64,000 nt of DNA from the human T2T-CHM13v2.0 reference genome, Homo sapiens. Location of the stretch: NCBI RefSeq assembly GCF_009914755.1, contig NC_060927.1. The stretch is one strand, 5' to 3'. The position numbers were made by a program, and so were the translations under genes. Below, piece after piece: positions 61,162-64,000 of this stretch (position 1 is the stretch's first letter; each line of letters opens with the position of its first letter). Below the pieces are notes generated by a model. That model did no database searches, had not been told where the DNA came from, and saw only the letters and a program-made list of their open reading frames with translations.

Positions 61162-61326
61162 CTGCAAGAAGAAATATCGCACCCCCAATGACAGCCATCC
61201 TCATCTTCTGCACCTCATCGTCTTCCAAGCACTTCATACACTTCATGCCAACGGTGGCCACAAAGATTGCTATCACTCCCAGGAGGATGCCAACCACCAT
61301 CAAGGCACGGGTTGCTTGCAATGTGC
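61162..61326 (-). CDS. CLDN1: Claudin-1 coding exon 2 (165 bp)
   Basis: Translates (S)[54 protein letters not shown](G), claudin-1 TM2-loop-TM3. Acceptor TTTTCTGCCAG| at 61327-61328, donor CAG|GTAATA at 61160-61161. Confidence 0.98.
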
Positions 61327-62681
61327 CTGGCAGAAAACATTTTAAAACATGTAAAAATATGCTTGGACCAACAAGAGAAAAATGGAAGAAGACCAAGTAT
61401 ATGTCACTGTTGTATGGAAGAGAGAAAACTGGACTAGGAATCTAGAGACCCCAGTCATACTGATGTTTCCGCTGGTAACCCAATATACAGTATCTTCTCC
61501 AGAAAAACAAATGCCAGGCTGGATGATGAAAAAGAGATCCCTCCACTCCAATATTTTATGTTTCCAACATTAAATTCAAAATCAACTGGAAAATTAATTA
61601 ATGATCTAATTGAATAGGGTTAGCTGAACTAATACATATTTATTTTTTACTAAGGGATTTTCATCCTTGCTAAGATAATTTTAATTTTAAGTAACAATCA
61701 TATATACTATCCTGGATGTTAACTATTTGTAATCAAAATGGTTTACAGTATATCTTTGATATTAGTCACCAGCTTTACACCCCAATCAATAAGCTTCAGA
61801 AAAACTGGATGAATTGGAAGATAAAAAATAAATGTTTTATAGATTATCATGGCTGGATAAGCAGTATTTGTATCTCCAGTGATGTGAATAGGAGGAGTGG
61901 GGAAGAATATAGAAGTCATTTTCTTAAAACTAAACAAAATAACCTTTGAGATGTTACCTTGGGACATAGTAGTAGATTCATATTCAAAGACATCACTAGT
62001 TTTTTAAAACTATTTAAGCTGCCATGTTGTAAAATAGCACACACAATAATTCAATGTAGTGTTTCTCAGGATTCCATTTTTTCTAATTTCCCATCATTAT
62101 TTTTGGTGTACTAACTCATGATCAAATAAACAGGGTCAAGTTTGAGACATTATCACTATGTTTCTTAAAGAGTAAAAACTTGATGCCATCATTGTGGCAT
62201 AAAGGCACAGATTTTTAAATATGAACTGAAACTATGCTGGTTAGAAGATTTTGTTTAAATTCTAGATTTATGTCCTCCTTTAATTAAAGATCACTATATC
62301 ATTGACAGTGATAATATGTGACAAGTGTTTTTTGCATATATAAGTATTTTTTAGCTTTAACAAACTGTGCTATCTTGAGCAAGAAACTTAGTATTGTTTG
62401 GAATAATATTTCAATTATATAAGTAAAATGTAAATTATATCTTTATCCAGTGGATTGGAACAATTGACTCCTTGATGGTCTTTAAAAGTGGCTGAGATGT
62501 TGGAAAGGTTTTGTATCTCAATATCTAATCAGGCCTAGGCTTAGTGTTAATATTGTCAAGATTGAGAACTTAGGTCACCAATCATAATTGAAGCTAAATA
62601 TTTCTAAAACTTCATTAAATCTTGATTTACTGATTTTCTGTCTTTGCTATAACCAGGCAATCTATGATAAAATTATAGTAA

Positions 62682-62991
<310 letters not shown>

Positions 62992-63180
62992 ATAATCTCT
63001 TTCTAAAAAGTATCAAAGGTATTGTTTACAGTATTTGAGAGATATTTTTGAAGCCAAGGTTAAGTTTTACTTGATTTCATTTAAAAATAAAAAAGAGACT
63101 TCCTGATTCCCCTCACACACTGACCTCCTCATAAGCATGTATGGGCACACATGCACACTGACCCACACACTTATCTCAAG

Positions 63181-63347
63181 ATTCCAGGTGGCAGAGGAAC
63201 TGCTGGATCAAAACACATGTTCCACGGACCACAGGTTTACCAGGAAGGAACTGAAGCTGCTTGTAAGGTTATTACACAACTTTTTCCTTGGAATCACAAG
63301 CCATACTGTGGTATGAAGAGGAAAGTACCAAGGGCTCCATGGTTAAG
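63181..63347 (+). other. Candidate 167 bp plus-strand exon inside CLDN1 intron 1 (antisense)
   Basis: Branch-like CTGAC at 63158-63162, acceptor CTTATCTCAAG|, donor AAG|GTATGT at 63348. Confidence 0.5.
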
Positions 63348-64000
63348 GTATGTCCTCTTTCTGATGGATGGTTTTTGCAAAGGCTATCATTATTGGGAAA
63401 TAACAAATAAAATAACTAAACCCATACATAACACAGATTTCAGATGTGGTCCTAAGATTACACTTGGCAGGAAAATATTTCAGGCAGAGATATGCCTGAA
63501 GAGGAGATGCTGAAAGTAACAAAGATGATCCATGTCTGGAGGATAGGGAAACCACATATCTCAGTTTGCCTGGAACAGTCCTAGCTTTAAAGTTTAAAGT
63601 CCTACATCCTTAGAAGGCTCTCAATCCTGAACAAATTGGGAGAGCTGGTCATCCTAACGCAGGATGATAGGATGTGCAAAGTAAAACGAAGTTTAGCAAG
63701 GTGGGCAGAAGGCATATGTCATGCAGAACTTCGCAAATTAGGGTAAGAAGATGGATTCTATTCTAAGTATAATCAGAAGTCATATGATTATCTTGAGAAA
63801 GGGGCGACATGATTTTTACTGTCAGCATAGAGATCACACAATCAATAAATATTTCTATGACAGCACTTCAAGCATCTATAGCATCTTACATTTCACAGCC
63901 TCCTCCATTTTATTTTCTCATAAATACTCTTTTTCAACCTTTTATTAATCATTTTAGATGTTTTCTCTGATCTTGCTCCAAGTTTTTCTCTTTGTTCAAG

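Noticed and set aside
61127-61396. 89 aa ORF as a stand-alone small claudin
   Set aside because: It is exon 2 plus read-through into both introns; canonical splice sites bound the claudin-matching part.

Overview
Primate, almost certainly human, genomic DNA recognisable as 3q28. The right-hand ~10 kb holds the 3' part of CLDN1 (claudin-1) on the minus strand: coding exons 2-4 with canonical splice sites, a ~2.6 kb 3'UTR and a poly(A) signal near 54.0 kb. Exon 1 lies beyond the window. The other ~54 kb is repeat-rich: 11 Alus, several L1s of different ages, a complete THE1D element, other LTRs, DNA transposons, L2/MIR and microsatellites. Nearly all ORF-track entries are spurious or transposon-derived. 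Most notable observations: (1) a ~60 bp near-identical copy of CLDN1 exon 2 inside intron 2; (2) two inverted L1s ~16 kb apart, apparently of different subfamily, sharing four non-consensus bases (gene-conversion footprint); (3) an Alu whose target-site duplication encloses a 48 bp copy of nearby DNA; (4) a 3x68 bp 3'UTR repeat that triplicates a miR-375 seed match; (5) two plus-strand exons whose intron would enclose CLDN1 exons 2-4 antisense, matching my recollection of a long CLDN16 5'UTR isoform. Repeat subfamily names are from visual recognition and are approximate.
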